A stretch of 64,000 nucleotides of DNA from Deltaproteobacteria bacterium. GTDB lineage: Bacteria; Myxococcota; Kuafuiibacteriia; Kuafuiibacteriales; Kuafuiibacteriaceae. Below are positions 1 through 8,714 of the stretch, piece by piece; positions within the stretch are counted from its first letter, which is position 1, and each line of letters begins with the position of its first letter. The notes beneath the pieces were generated by a model. It was not told the origin of the DNA, searched no databases, and saw only the letters and a list, made by a program, of their open reading frames with translations. The stretch spans positions 64,001-128,000 of the forward strand of contig JAVJQW010000017.1 in NCBI GenBank assembly GCA_040218735.1, read 5' to 3'. The translations under genes and the position numbers were made by a program.

Positions 1-294
1 CCCAAGGGCGGGAACATCAAGATCCGCGTCCGCGACGACGGCGACTACGTCGCGATGGAGGTCCACGACGACGGCCCCGGCATCCCGCCCGAGGTCATCG
101 ACCTCATCTTCGAACCGTTCTTCACGACCAAGGCCGAGGGCGAAGGCACCGGCCTCGGTCTGTCCGTATGTCAGTCGATCCTCCACGCCCACGGTGGAGC
201 GATCAACGTCACGAGTCGCCCCGACGAGGGGACGACGTTCCTGCTCAGAATCCCCAAACAAGGAGGCTCAGATGAGTCGCATTCTGATCGTTGA
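1..294 (+). CDS. Sensor histidine kinase, C-terminal HATPase_c fragment (5' truncated by window)
   Basis: G1/F/G2 boxes [21 protein letters not shown]; stop overlaps the start of the downstream response regulator. Confidence 0.9.
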   Translation, partial: PKGGNIKIRVRDDGDYVAMEVHDDGPGIPPEVIDLIFEPFFTTKAEGEGTGLGLSVCQSILHAHGGAINVTSRPDEGTTFLLRIPKQGGSDESHSDR

Positions 295-1642
295 AGACGA
301 CGCCGAATTTGGCGCCATGGTCGGTGAGTGGTTGGACGCCGCTGGTCACGCCGCGCACACCACCCTCACCGCAGAGGATGCACTGAGAGTGTTGGGCGAA
401 GACACGTACGATGTCGTCATCGCTGACCTCAACCTCCACGGCGAGCTCGACGGCCTCGGCCTCTGCGAGCGCGTCGCCGCCGCGCACTCGGACGTGCCCG
501 TGATCGTCATGACCGCGTTTGGCAGCCTCGAGACCGCCGTCGGCGCGATCCGCGTCGGCGCCTACGACTTCGTCACGAAACCCGTCGAGCGCGGGCAGCT
601 CATGTTGTCCGTCGAGCGCGCTGCAACGCACCGCGCGCTGCAGCGTCAGGTCGCGCGGCTCGAGGAGCGACTCGCGGCCAAGAGCGCGACCGGGAGCATC
701 CTCGGTGAGAGCCCCGCCATGCAGCGGGTGTTCGAGCTCGTCGATCGGGTCGCGCAGGGCGACACGACCGTCCTCGTCACCGGCGAGAGCGGCACGGGCA
801 AGGAGCTGATCGCCCGCGCGCTGCACGAAGGAAGCCCGCGCAGCGAGGGGCCCTTCGTCGCCATCAACTGCGCCGCCCTCCCCGCCCCGCTGCTCGAGGC
901 CGAGCTGTTCGGCCACGCGGAGGGTGCGTTCACCGACGCTCGCGGCGAGCGACGCGGGCTCCTCGCGGAGGCCAACGGCGGCACGCTCTTCCTCGACGAG
1001 ATCGGCGAGATGTCGACGGACATGCAAGTGAAGTTGCTCCGCGCGCTGCAGGAGCGCACCTACCGACGCGTGGGCGGCACCGAAGAGATGAAGTTCGACG
1101 CGCGGCTGATCTCGGCGACGAACCGCGACCTCGAGAAGGAGGTCGCCGAGGGCCGATTCCGCGAAGACCTCTTCTACCGCATCAACGTCATCCGCATCCC
1201 GCTCCCCACGCTCGCGCAGCGCGGTCACGACATCCTGCTCCTCGCGCAGGCCTTCGTGGCCCGCGCCGCGAACCGCACTGGCAAGAACGTCGAAGGGATC
1301 GCGCGCGATGCTGCGCAACGCCTGTTGACGTACCCGTGGCCCGGCAACGTGCGTGAGCTCGAAAACTGCGTCGAATCCGCGGTGGCGATGACCGCGTACG
1401 ATCACATCGTGGTCGAGGACCTACCCGAGCGGATCCGGCGTCATCAGCCCGTCGAGGACCCCATCGAGACCTCGGACCCCACGCAGATGCCGACGCTCCG
1501 CGAGGTCGAGCAGCGCTACGTGATGAAGGTGCTCCGCGCCGTCGACAACAACAAGTCGGCCGCGGCTCGAATCTTGGGCTTCGATCGCCGTACACTCTAC
1601 CGGAAGCTCGACGCGTTCGAGCAGCAGGAGCGTCCGGGGTGA
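272..1642 (+). CDS. Sigma54-dependent response regulator (NtrC family: REC-AAA+-HTH Fis)
   Basis: AGGAGG RBS at 261-266; REC N-terminus; GESGTGKE Walker A; GAFTDA loop; LFLDEIG Walker B; WPGNVREL; C-terminal HTH. Confidence 0.95.
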   Translation: MSRILIVEDDAEFGAMVGEWLDAAGHAAHTTLTAEDALRVLGEDTYDVVIADLNLHGELDGLGLCERVAAAHSDVPVIVMTAFGSLETAVGAIRVGAYDFVTKPVERGQLMLSVERAATHRALQRQVARLEERLAAKSATGSILGESPAMQRVFELVDRVAQGDTTVLVTGESGTGKELIARALHEGSPRSEGPFVAINCAALPAPLLEAELFGHAEGAFTDARGERRGLLAEANGGTLFLDEIGEMSTDMQVKLLRALQERTYRRVGGTEEMKFDARLISATNRDLEKEVAEGRFREDLFYRINVIRIPLPTLAQRGHDILLLAQAFVARAANRTGKNVEGIARDAAQRLLTYPWPGNVRELENCVESAVAMTAYDHIVVEDLPERIRRHQPVEDPIETSDPTQMPTLREVEQRYVMKVLRAVDNNKSAAARILGFDRRTLYRKLDAFEQQERPG

Positions 1643-2016
1643 GCCCGAGCAAACAAGTATGGGTGGTCGAGGACGACGACGACTTCCGCGAGATGCTGTC
1701 GGAGGTCCTTCGACTCGACGGGCTCGAGGTGACGGAGTTCGAGAGCGGTGCGCCGCTCCTGAACGCCGCGAAGCAAGAAGATCACCCCGCGCTGGTCGTC
1801 ACCGACCACCACATGCCCGACGTCAACGGGCTCGACGCGCTCGAGGCGCTGCAGGCGGACGGGTTCGCCGTCCCCACGGTGTTGGTGACGGCCTTCGCCG
1901 AGAGCACGGTGAAGAACCGCGCCGCCGCGGTGGGCGCGGTCTTGGTCGAGAAGCCGTGCGACATCTACGAGCTGCGGCGGATCATCCGCGCGGAGCTCGA
2001 CAAGACCTCGGCCTGA
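1639..2016 (+). CDS. Single-domain response regulator (REC)
   Basis: VVEDDDD, TDHHMP, VTAF and KP motifs; GTGA overlap with upstream gene. Confidence 0.9.
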   Translation: MSPSKQVWVVEDDDDFREMLSEVLRLDGLEVTEFESGAPLLNAAKQEDHPALVVTDHHMPDVNGLDALEALQADGFAVPTVLVTAFAESTVKNRAAAVGAVLVEKPCDIYELRRIIRAELDKTSA

Positions 2017-2059
2017 CGAGCCCCGCGAGGGCCGACTTCATCGGCGCCTCCTAGACCTC

Positions 2060-5000
2060 CTAGACGATCGGGACGCAGCGGCAGTCTGCGAAGTCACACG
2101 TCTCGTTCGGCGCACAGCCGCCGCAGTCCGCGGGACAGACACACTGGCACGAGTTGTTCGGGTCGCAGACCTCGTTGTTCTCACACGCCGAGTCACACGT
2201 CGGATCGCACTCGCAGGTGCAGGACGACGCATTGCACATCGTGCCGTCCGGGCAACCGCCGCAGTCCGTCGGACAGATGCAGGAGCAGTCCATCGTCGGG
2301 TCGCAGACCGACAGGCCCGGGCAGCTGTCGTTGCACGTCGGGTCGCAGGTGCAATCGCAGGTCGACGAGTTGCAGATCGTGTTGCCCTGGCAGGCGCCGC
2401 CGCAGTCGGTCGGGCACTCGCAGTTACACGTCGTGCTGTTGCAATTCAGGTTGCCGGTGCACTGGCCGCCGCACGTCGGGTCGCACTCACACGTGCACGT
2501 GCCCTGGTTGCAGACCGTCCCGTTGCCGCAGGCGCCGCCGCAGTCCGGCGCGCACTCGCAGGCACAGGTGTTCGGGTTGCAGACCTCGTTCGGGCCGCAG
2601 TTACCGTTGCAGTCCGGCGCGCACACGCAGTTGCAGTCCGCGTCGCACTCCTGGTTCGCGCCGCAGGCGTTGCAGATCGCCTGGTCGCAGACGCAGATAC
2701 CGAGCTGCGGATCGCAGTTCTGACCGACCTGACACGGCCCGCACGGATCGTCCGGCGGCTGCCAGTTCCGGTAGCTGATGACGACGAGGTCACCCTGCGC
2801 CGGGCGGAAGTTGAAGCCGCGGAAGAAGATCGAGTTCGACGCGGGGTCGTAGTCGAACCCGTTGTCGCGGTCACGCGGCACCGTCGTCACGGTCATCGAG
2901 CCCTGCGGCACCACACCCACGCGGATCGTCGAAGAGATCGGCGGACCGCTGAGCGTGTACTGCGAGGCGGCGCCCGCGACGGCGTCGATGATCGCCTGCA
3001 GCGCCTGGCCCGGCGAGTTGTTGCACGGCGAGTAGGACGCGCCCATCGTCGCCTGCACCACGTCGAGGTAGCCGCGCCCCGGCTCGTTCGCCGGCTGGTC
3101 GAGCGGACCGCCGCAGCCGTAGCCCGTGCACACCGTGGGCGTGCCGACCGGGATGACCTGCGCGAACGCGACACCATTGTTGTTGGTGATCGTGTTGATG
3201 TACGGCGTGAGGAGCGTGTCGATGCAGTTCTGCTGCGCCGTGTTCGGGACCGTCGAGCACGTGTTGTTGTTGTTCGTGACGTAGTAGTCGCCGACGCCGG
3301 TGTTGCAGGTCGGGTTGTAGCCGAAGCAGTTCTGCGCCGACTGCATCGTCAGCTCCTGCGGGTACTCGTCCGAGATGTAGACCACCGCGAGCACCGCGTC
3401 GGAGCGCAGGCGGCGCGGTTGCTCCACACCCGCCGCGGAACGCGGGAGCGCCTTGGCGATCGCGTTGTCCGCCGCCTCGAGCCCGAACTCACAGCCGTCG
3501 GATCCCGACGTGTCCTGCAGGTAGCTGGCGAACAGGTTCGGGTCGCGCACGAAGCCGGCGCCCCGGAGGTCACCGCCGTTGCCGGCGCCCTGGTTGTAGT
3601 CGTTCTCGCTGTGCGGGACGACGCCCATGCGGAAGTCGACGTTGTTCGCGGAGAGCGCCGCGACGATCGAGTTCGCCGCGGTGAAGATACGACCGCGGTC
3701 GTCGTCGGTGGAGCCCGAGATGTCCGCCATCCAGATGAAGTCCGCCACCGACTGACCGGCCGCGGTGAACGGGTCGCAGTCCTTGTCGCGCTCGGCGTTC
3801 GCGAGCGCGAGCGCGGTGCCGTTGGTGAGGTCCTGGATGAAGATCGCCGCGTTGTTCGTGACGTCGTCGTAGGTCGTGCGGTCCATCCCGCCGACCACGA
3901 CGATCAGCTCCTGCGGCATCGAGCGCAGCAGGACTTGGTACGTGAACGTGTGTTGGTTCGTCGGCGCGCCGGTCGCCGTCGGCAGCCCCGTGAACGACGC
4001 CCCGGGCAGCCCCGTGAACATGCGCACCATCGCGTTGCGCACCTGCGCCGCGTTCTGCGTGCCCGTCGTGACGGAGAGGTCGACGACGTTCGACACGTTC
4101 GTGTCGTAGCCGTCGTGCGACGTGATGATGCGCCCGGAGATCCGCTGCGCGTAGGAGAGGTTCTCGGCGCCGGCCGCCGCCTGGAGCTGCGACTCGATGG
4201 CGGCGGACTGCGCCTGAATCGTCGCCGCGCCCGCGAGGAGCGGCATCCGCAGCACGAAGCCCGAGATGTTCGCCGTGGTGTCGTCCACCGCGGCGACGTC
4301 GACGTTTGCGCTCGCCGGCGCGGTCGTGATCGCGGAGTACGTGAACGACAGCTCGGACGCGAGCGTCCACGAGGAGCCGACGTCGAAGTTCACCTGCTTG
4401 AGGTTCGCCGTCGAGCAGATCGCGTTGATGCCCGGCGCACTTCCGGCCGGCGGATCGTTCGGGTCGAGCGGATCGAAGCCGGCGAGGACCTCGTCGCCGT
4501 CGCTGATCATGTCGTTGTCGGTGTCGTCGTCGTTCGGATCGGTCTCACCGAGGCCCGGCTCGAAGAGGCCGTTCATGTTGCCGTCTTCGACGCCGTCCGC
4601 GAGGCCGTCGCCGTCGGTGTCCATGTCGAGCGGGTCCGTGACCGTGGTCGGGTCCTGGTCGAACGGCACGCCCATGCACGCGCTGCCCGGCACGCCCATC
4701 ACGACGCCGAGCTCGACGCCGTCGGAGACGCCGTCACCGTCGGTGTCGGGCACCAGCGGGCTCGTCATGTAGACGTTGAGCTCGTCGCCGTCGGAGAGCC
4801 CGTCGCAATCCGTGTCGGGATCGAGCGGGTTCGTCTCGAACACCTCGGTCATGCCGTTGTGGTTGGTGTCCTCTTCGCCGTCGCCGAGTGTGTCGCCGTC
4901 AGTGTCGACGACGAGCGGATCCGTCTCCGTCGGCTCGCGCATGCCGTTGCGGTTGGTGTCTTCGAGGCCGTCGGAGATGAGATCGCCGTCGGTGTCGCGC

Positions 5001-5683
5001 CGCGCGGGGTGCGTCTCGTTGGCGTCGCGGATGCCGTCGAGGTTCGCGTCCTCGATGTTGTCGGGGAGGCCGTCGCCGTCGGTGTCGACCGCGCGCGGGT
5101 TCGATTCGTCCGCGTCGAGGCGACCGTTCTGATCGAGATCCTCGAGGCCGTCGGGGATCATGTCGCCGTCGCTGTCGGCGTTGACGGGCGAAGTGGTCGT
5201 CGCGGGATCCGCATCCGCGATCGGCGGGCATCCGCTGCCCGGGACCGCCATGGTCACGCCGCGCTCGATGCCATCCGGGATACCGTCGTTGTCCGTGTCC
5301 GGATCGTTCGGATCCGTCTGCATCCCGTTGGGGTAGACGATCGAGAACTCTTGCGCGTCCGACAGCCCGTCGCAGTCGCTGTCGATCATGTCGTTGTTCG
5401 GGTTGTTCGGGTTCGCGCCGCCGTCGCGCGTGTTACCGCCGTCACGGTTTCCGCCGTCGACTTCACCGCCGTCGGGTACGGGGCCGCCGTCGCGGTTCGG
5501 ATCTTCGCCGCCGTCACGTTCGGGATCGACGCCCGTGTCGACGATGGTCTCGCCCGCGTCGCGCGGTGTGCCCATGCCGGGCGGATCTTCGCCGCAGCCG
5601 GAGCACGCGGGCATGAAACACGCGAGGAGCACGGCGATGCCGGCCCGCGGAATGAAGCTGGATGCTGCTGTCGTCCTGTGCAC
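2060..5683 (-). CDS. cglD: CglD-like gliding adhesin lipoprotein (Ca-binding DxDxDG repeats, vWA domain, Cys-rich repeats)
   Basis: Signal peptide with lipobox-type Cys; many DTDGDG repeats; MIDAS DISGS; about 9 Cys-rich 23-24 aa C-terminal repeats; architecture matches myxobacterial CglD as I recall it. Confidence 0.75.
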   Translation of the reverse strand: MHRTTAASSFIPRAGIAVLLACFMPACSGCGEDPPGMGTPRDAGETIVDTGVDPERDGGEDPNRDGGPVPDGGEVDGGNRDGGNTRDGGANPNNPNNDMIDSDCDGLSDAQEFSIVYPNGMQTDPNDPDTDNDGIPDGIERGVTMAVPGSGCPPIADADPATTTSPVNADSDGDMIPDGLEDLDQNGRLDADESNPRAVDTDGDGLPDNIEDANLDGIRDANETHPARRDTDGDLISDGLEDTNRNGMREPTETDPLVVDTDGDTLGDGEEDTNHNGMTEVFETNPLDPDTDCDGLSDGDELNVYMTSPLVPDTDGDGVSDGVELGVVMGVPGSACMGVPFDQDPTTVTDPLDMDTDGDGLADGVEDGNMNGLFEPGLGETDPNDDDTDNDMISDGDEVLAGFDPLDPNDPPAGSAPGINAICSTANLKQVNFDVGSSWTLASELSFTYSAITTAPASANVDVAAVDDTTANISGFVLRMPLLAGAATIQAQSAAIESQLQAAAGAENLSYAQRISGRIITSHDGYDTNVSNVVDLSVTTGTQNAAQVRNAMVRMFTGLPGASFTGLPTATGAPTNQHTFTYQVLLRSMPQELIVVVGGMDRTTYDDVTNNAAIFIQDLTNGTALALANAERDKDCDPFTAAGQSVADFIWMADISGSTDDDRGRIFTAANSIVAALSANNVDFRMGVVPHSENDYNQGAGNGGDLRGAGFVRDPNLFASYLQDTSGSDGCEFGLEAADNAIAKALPRSAAGVEQPRRLRSDAVLAVVYISDEYPQELTMQSAQNCFGYNPTCNTGVGDYYVTNNNNTCSTVPNTAQQNCIDTLLTPYINTITNNNGVAFAQVIPVGTPTVCTGYGCGGPLDQPANEPGRGYLDVVQATMGASYSPCNNSPGQALQAIIDAVAGAASQYTLSGPPISSTIRVGVVPQGSMTVTTVPRDRDNGFDYDPASNSIFFRGFNFRPAQGDLVVISYRNWQPPDDPCGPCQVGQNCDPQLGICVCDQAICNACGANQECDADCNCVCAPDCNGNCGPNEVCNPNTCACECAPDCGGACGNGTVCNQGTCTCECDPTCGGQCTGNLNCNSTTCNCECPTDCGGACQGNTICNSSTCDCTCDPTCNDSCPGLSVCDPTMDCSCICPTDCGGCPDGTMCNASSCTCECDPTCDSACENNEVCDPNNSCQCVCPADCGGCAPNETCDFADCRCVPIV

Positions 5684-5838
5684 GTCGGTTCCTCGACCCC
5701 GTCTACTCGCCTAGCACGGCCCTCGGCCGTTCGTCAGGATTCGAGCGACGTGTCCCCATTCTCCAGGGCAAGGGTCCGCGTTACAAATCGGTACTTTGCC
5801 GAAACCCTTGACCGTAAGGTCGAGCGGGCGCGGGGGGG

Positions 5839-7224
5839 CTAACGGGGGGGCGCGGGTGCCGCGGGTGCGACCTGGGGCTCGATCCGACGACTCGCGTCCC
5901 GGACGAGGCGCTCCGCCTCGGTCTTGCGGGTGAAACCAGGTACCCGGCTCGCACGATCCGCGAGACTCACACACACCTCGTACCGGCGCTGATCGCGCTC
6001 GAAGTAGGCCCAGCGGAGCAGGACTTCACCTTCGCTCGGCGTCCCACGGACCCGCTGCGTCGCCCGTCCGAAGATGCGGCGGGCGCTGTCGTACTGCTTG
6101 CGTGCAATCTCCTGCTCGGCGGCCTTCACCATCGCGGAGGCGAGGTTGGCGGCGCGTTGCGCCTCGGAGAGCCCGTCGTCGAGGGTCGCCGAGGCCCGGA
6201 GCTCCTTGTCCGCCTGGGCGCGAACCTCGGCCTTCGACGCGACCTTCGCCTCGGCGGGCGCCTCGGCGACCGGCGCCTCGTCGACCGACGGCGCCTCCTC
6301 GAAGCGCCGCTTGGCCCCGAGCGAGCGCACCGAGGGCTTCGCGGGGGTCGGCGTCGACGTCGGTCGTTTGGCGTCCGCGGTGTCCGCGGCGTCCAGCTTG
6401 GTCACCGCCTGGCGGGTCGACTCCCTCGCGATCGCGCCTTCGTCGGCGGGCGTCGCGGCCGACGGGCCGGCGGCCCCGCCGATCGGCAGGTCGGGCACGT
6501 CGGACGGGTCGGGCGCAGCGGCGCCGCCGCTCGCGGACCCGGTCGCGGGCGCCCGAGCGCTCTTCTTGGCCAACGCATCGAACGACGGGCTAGGCGGCGG
6601 CGGCGGCGGCGGGGGCTTGCGGGCCGCGCGCGCGCGTCGGCGCTTCGGCGTGCGGCGCGCCTCGTCCTCGCGGTCCCCGTCGATGTCGTCGGCGCGTTCG
6701 AAGCCGTCGCGCTCGAGCTTGGCCTTGTCGCCGAACGCCAACGCCTCCTCGGCTTCCTCGACGGGCTTCGGCTCGGGCGCCGGATCCTGCGCGGGGGCGT
6801 CTGCCGAGCGCGCCGACGCCGTGACGCCGGGCGGGATCGCCTCGGTCGTCGTCTGCGGCTCGGCCATGAAGCTGGTGACGTTCACGCTGACCACGGCGAC
6901 GACGGCGAGCGACGCCGCGGCGGCCAGGCCGAAGGCGGGGGTCAGGAGCAACTTGCGGAAGCGACCGAAGAACGACGACGCCTCGCGCTCCTCCTGGACG
7001 GCCTCGGCGGTCTGGCGAGCCGTGGCGAGGATCAGCGCGTCCAGGTGTTTCGACGGCTCCTCGTCCTCGAGCTCGCGCATGACGCCGAGCGTCTCCTCGA
7101 GCCCCTCCACCTGAGCGGACAGCGCGGCGTCCTCGGACATCGCCTGCTCGAAAGCACGCGCGTCCTCCTCGGACATCTCGTCGAACAGGTAGTCGACGAG
7201 CTGGCTGTCATCGTAACGGCTCAC
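5839..7224 (-). CDS. Membrane anti-sigma factor with C-terminal TPR-like domain
   Basis: N-terminal ASD-like helices (LVDYLFDEMS...), one TM helix, low-complexity linker, helical C-terminus; directly downstream of an ECF sigma gene. Confidence 0.75.
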   Translation of the reverse strand: MSRYDDSQLVDYLFDEMSEEDARAFEQAMSEDAALSAQVEGLEETLGVMRELEDEEPSKHLDALILATARQTAEAVQEEREASSFFGRFRKLLLTPAFGLAAAASLAVVAVVSVNVTSFMAEPQTTTEAIPPGVTASARSADAPAQDPAPEPKPVEEAEEALAFGDKAKLERDGFERADDIDGDREDEARRTPKRRRARAARKPPPPPPPPSPSFDALAKKSARAPATGSASGGAAAPDPSDVPDLPIGGAAGPSAATPADEGAIARESTRQAVTKLDAADTADAKRPTSTPTPAKPSVRSLGAKRRFEEAPSVDEAPVAEAPAEAKVASKAEVRAQADKELRASATLDDGLSEAQRAANLASAMVKAAEQEIARKQYDSARRIFGRATQRVRGTPSEGEVLLRWAYFERDQRRYEVCVSLADRASRVPGFTRKTEAERLVRDASRRIEPQVAPAAPAPPR

Positions 7225-7227
7225 GGC

Positions 7228-7800
7228 TCAATCCTCTTTCGTCACACCCTGGGTCTTCAGATGTTTACGCAAGTGTTCCAACGCGTAACGCATCCGACTC
7301 TTCACTGTGTTCTCCGGCACGCCTACGGCGTCCGCGATCTCCTTGAACGCCATCCCGGCCTGCTCGCGCATCACGAACACCTCGCGCTGCTCATCGGAGA
7401 GCGACGCGATGGCGTCGGTCAGACGCTTCCGAAGACGGATGCTCTCTGCGCCGCGATCGGTCGTGACGGAATCTTCGTCCGCCATCCGGTCACCGAGCGT
7501 CGAGCCGCCCTCTTCTCCTTCCTTCAACGGTTGGTCGAGCGATGCGGTCTTGCGATAACTCGCCTTTCTGATCGCATCGATGCAGTGGTTCCTCGCAATC
7601 GTATAGAGCCACGTCGTGAACTTGGCCTGTCTTTCCCAGTCCTTGGCCGATCGGCAGACGCGCAGGAAGACCTCCTGCATCGCGTCTTCGGCCGCCGCGG
7701 GATTCCCGACCATCTTGAGACAGAAGTTGTAGACGGGGCGCCGGTGCCGCTCCAGGAGCTTCTCGAACGCCCGCGCGTCGCCCTTCTTGAAGGCGGTCAT
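7228..7800 (-). CDS. ECF RNA polymerase sigma factor (start uncertain; frame is open further upstream)
   Basis: Region 2 AEDAMQEVF / FTTWLYTIARNHCID; region 4 EIADAVGVPENTVKSRMRYA. Confidence 0.9.
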   Translation of the reverse strand: MTAFKKGDARAFEKLLERHRRPVYNFCLKMVGNPAAAEDAMQEVFLRVCRSAKDWERQAKFTTWLYTIARNHCIDAIRKASYRKTASLDQPLKEGEEGGSTLGDRMADEDSVTTDRGAESIRLRKRLTDAIASLSDEQREVFVMREQAGMAFKEIADAVGVPENTVKSRMRYALEHLRKHLKTQGVTKED

Positions 7801-7976
7801 CAGGCGCGCGTCGTCCTTGTCGCGGGCCTCCTTCTCCGGGTCGACGGGGCGGCGGCGCTTGCGCCGCGCGGGTGCGGAGCCGGAGGGATCGGCGGGCGCC
7901 GCGGCCTTCGCCGCGCCCTCTTCGCCCGCTTTTCCGACTTCCGCCTTGATGACTCGGTCCCCGCTCGCCGGTGACG

Positions 7977-8714
7977 CTATCTCGAATCGGCGCCCGGTGC
8001 ATCGCCCGGACGTCCGGGGAGCTTCGGCAGGGCCGCGAGCAGCTTCTTCGTCGCCTCGGTGCTCGGTGTCTCGAACAACGCCTCCGCCGTCGCCATTTCG
8101 ACGAGCGCCCCGTCCGCCATCACACCGATGCGATCCGCGAGCCGTCGCGCCGCCCAAAGATCGTGGGTGACGAACAACATCGCGAGCGCGAGCGAGGTCT
8201 TCAGCGCTTCCAGCAGACCGATCAGCTGCGCCGCCACCGACACGTCGAGGCCGGCGAGGGGCTCGTCGAGGATCAACAGCTTCGGCGACGTCGCGAGCGC
8301 TCGCGCCACCGCCACCCTTTGCTTCTGACCACCCGAAAGCTCGTGCGGCCGCTTCGCGAGGACCGACTCCGGGAGCTGCACCTGCTCGACCAACCCGCGA
8401 AGCATCGACAGCGTCGGGCGCTCCCCCCGCACCACCCAAGGTTCGGACAGCGTGCGCTCGACGGTCCACCGCGGGCTCAACGTGTGTCCGGCGTCCTGCA
8501 AGACAACTTGCATCTCGCCCCGCGGCGGGTGCTGCACACGGCCCGCCGTACAGCCCTCCAACCCACACGCGAGGCGCACGAGCGTCGACTTCCCCGAGCC
8601 ACTCTCACCGACGAGCGCGACGACCTCCCGCGGAGCGACCGCTAGCGAGACGTCGGCGAGCGTGAAGCTGTCGTAGGTCTTGCCGACCCCTTCGAGTCGG
8701 AGGAGGTCGCTCAC
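7977..8714 (-). CDS. ABC transporter ATP-binding protein (peptide/nickel type)
   Basis: GESGSGKS, LSGGQKQR, LILDEP, THD motifs. Confidence 0.9.
   Translation of the reverse strand: MSDLLRLEGVGKTYDSFTLADVSLAVAPREVVALVGESGSGKSTLVRLACGLEGCTAGRVQHPPRGEMQVVLQDAGHTLSPRWTVERTLSEPWVVRGERPTLSMLRGLVEQVQLPESVLAKRPHELSGGQKQRVAVARALATSPKLLILDEPLAGLDVSVAAQLIGLLEALKTSLALAMLFVTHDLWAARRLADRIGVMADGALVEMATAEALFETPSTEATKKLLAALPKLPGRPGDAPGADSR

Noticed and set aside
2060-5683. TraA kin-recognition receptor
   Set aside because: No recognisable PA14-like domain, MYXO-CTERM tail or adjacent traB; vWA plus DxDxDG repeats fit CglD better
3419-5842. Long antisense ORFs (807 aa here; also 9173-11263, 52542-54617, 57559-60129 and others)
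   Set aside because: Shadow ORFs opposite well-supported genes, expected from high-GC codon bias; no recognisable motifs
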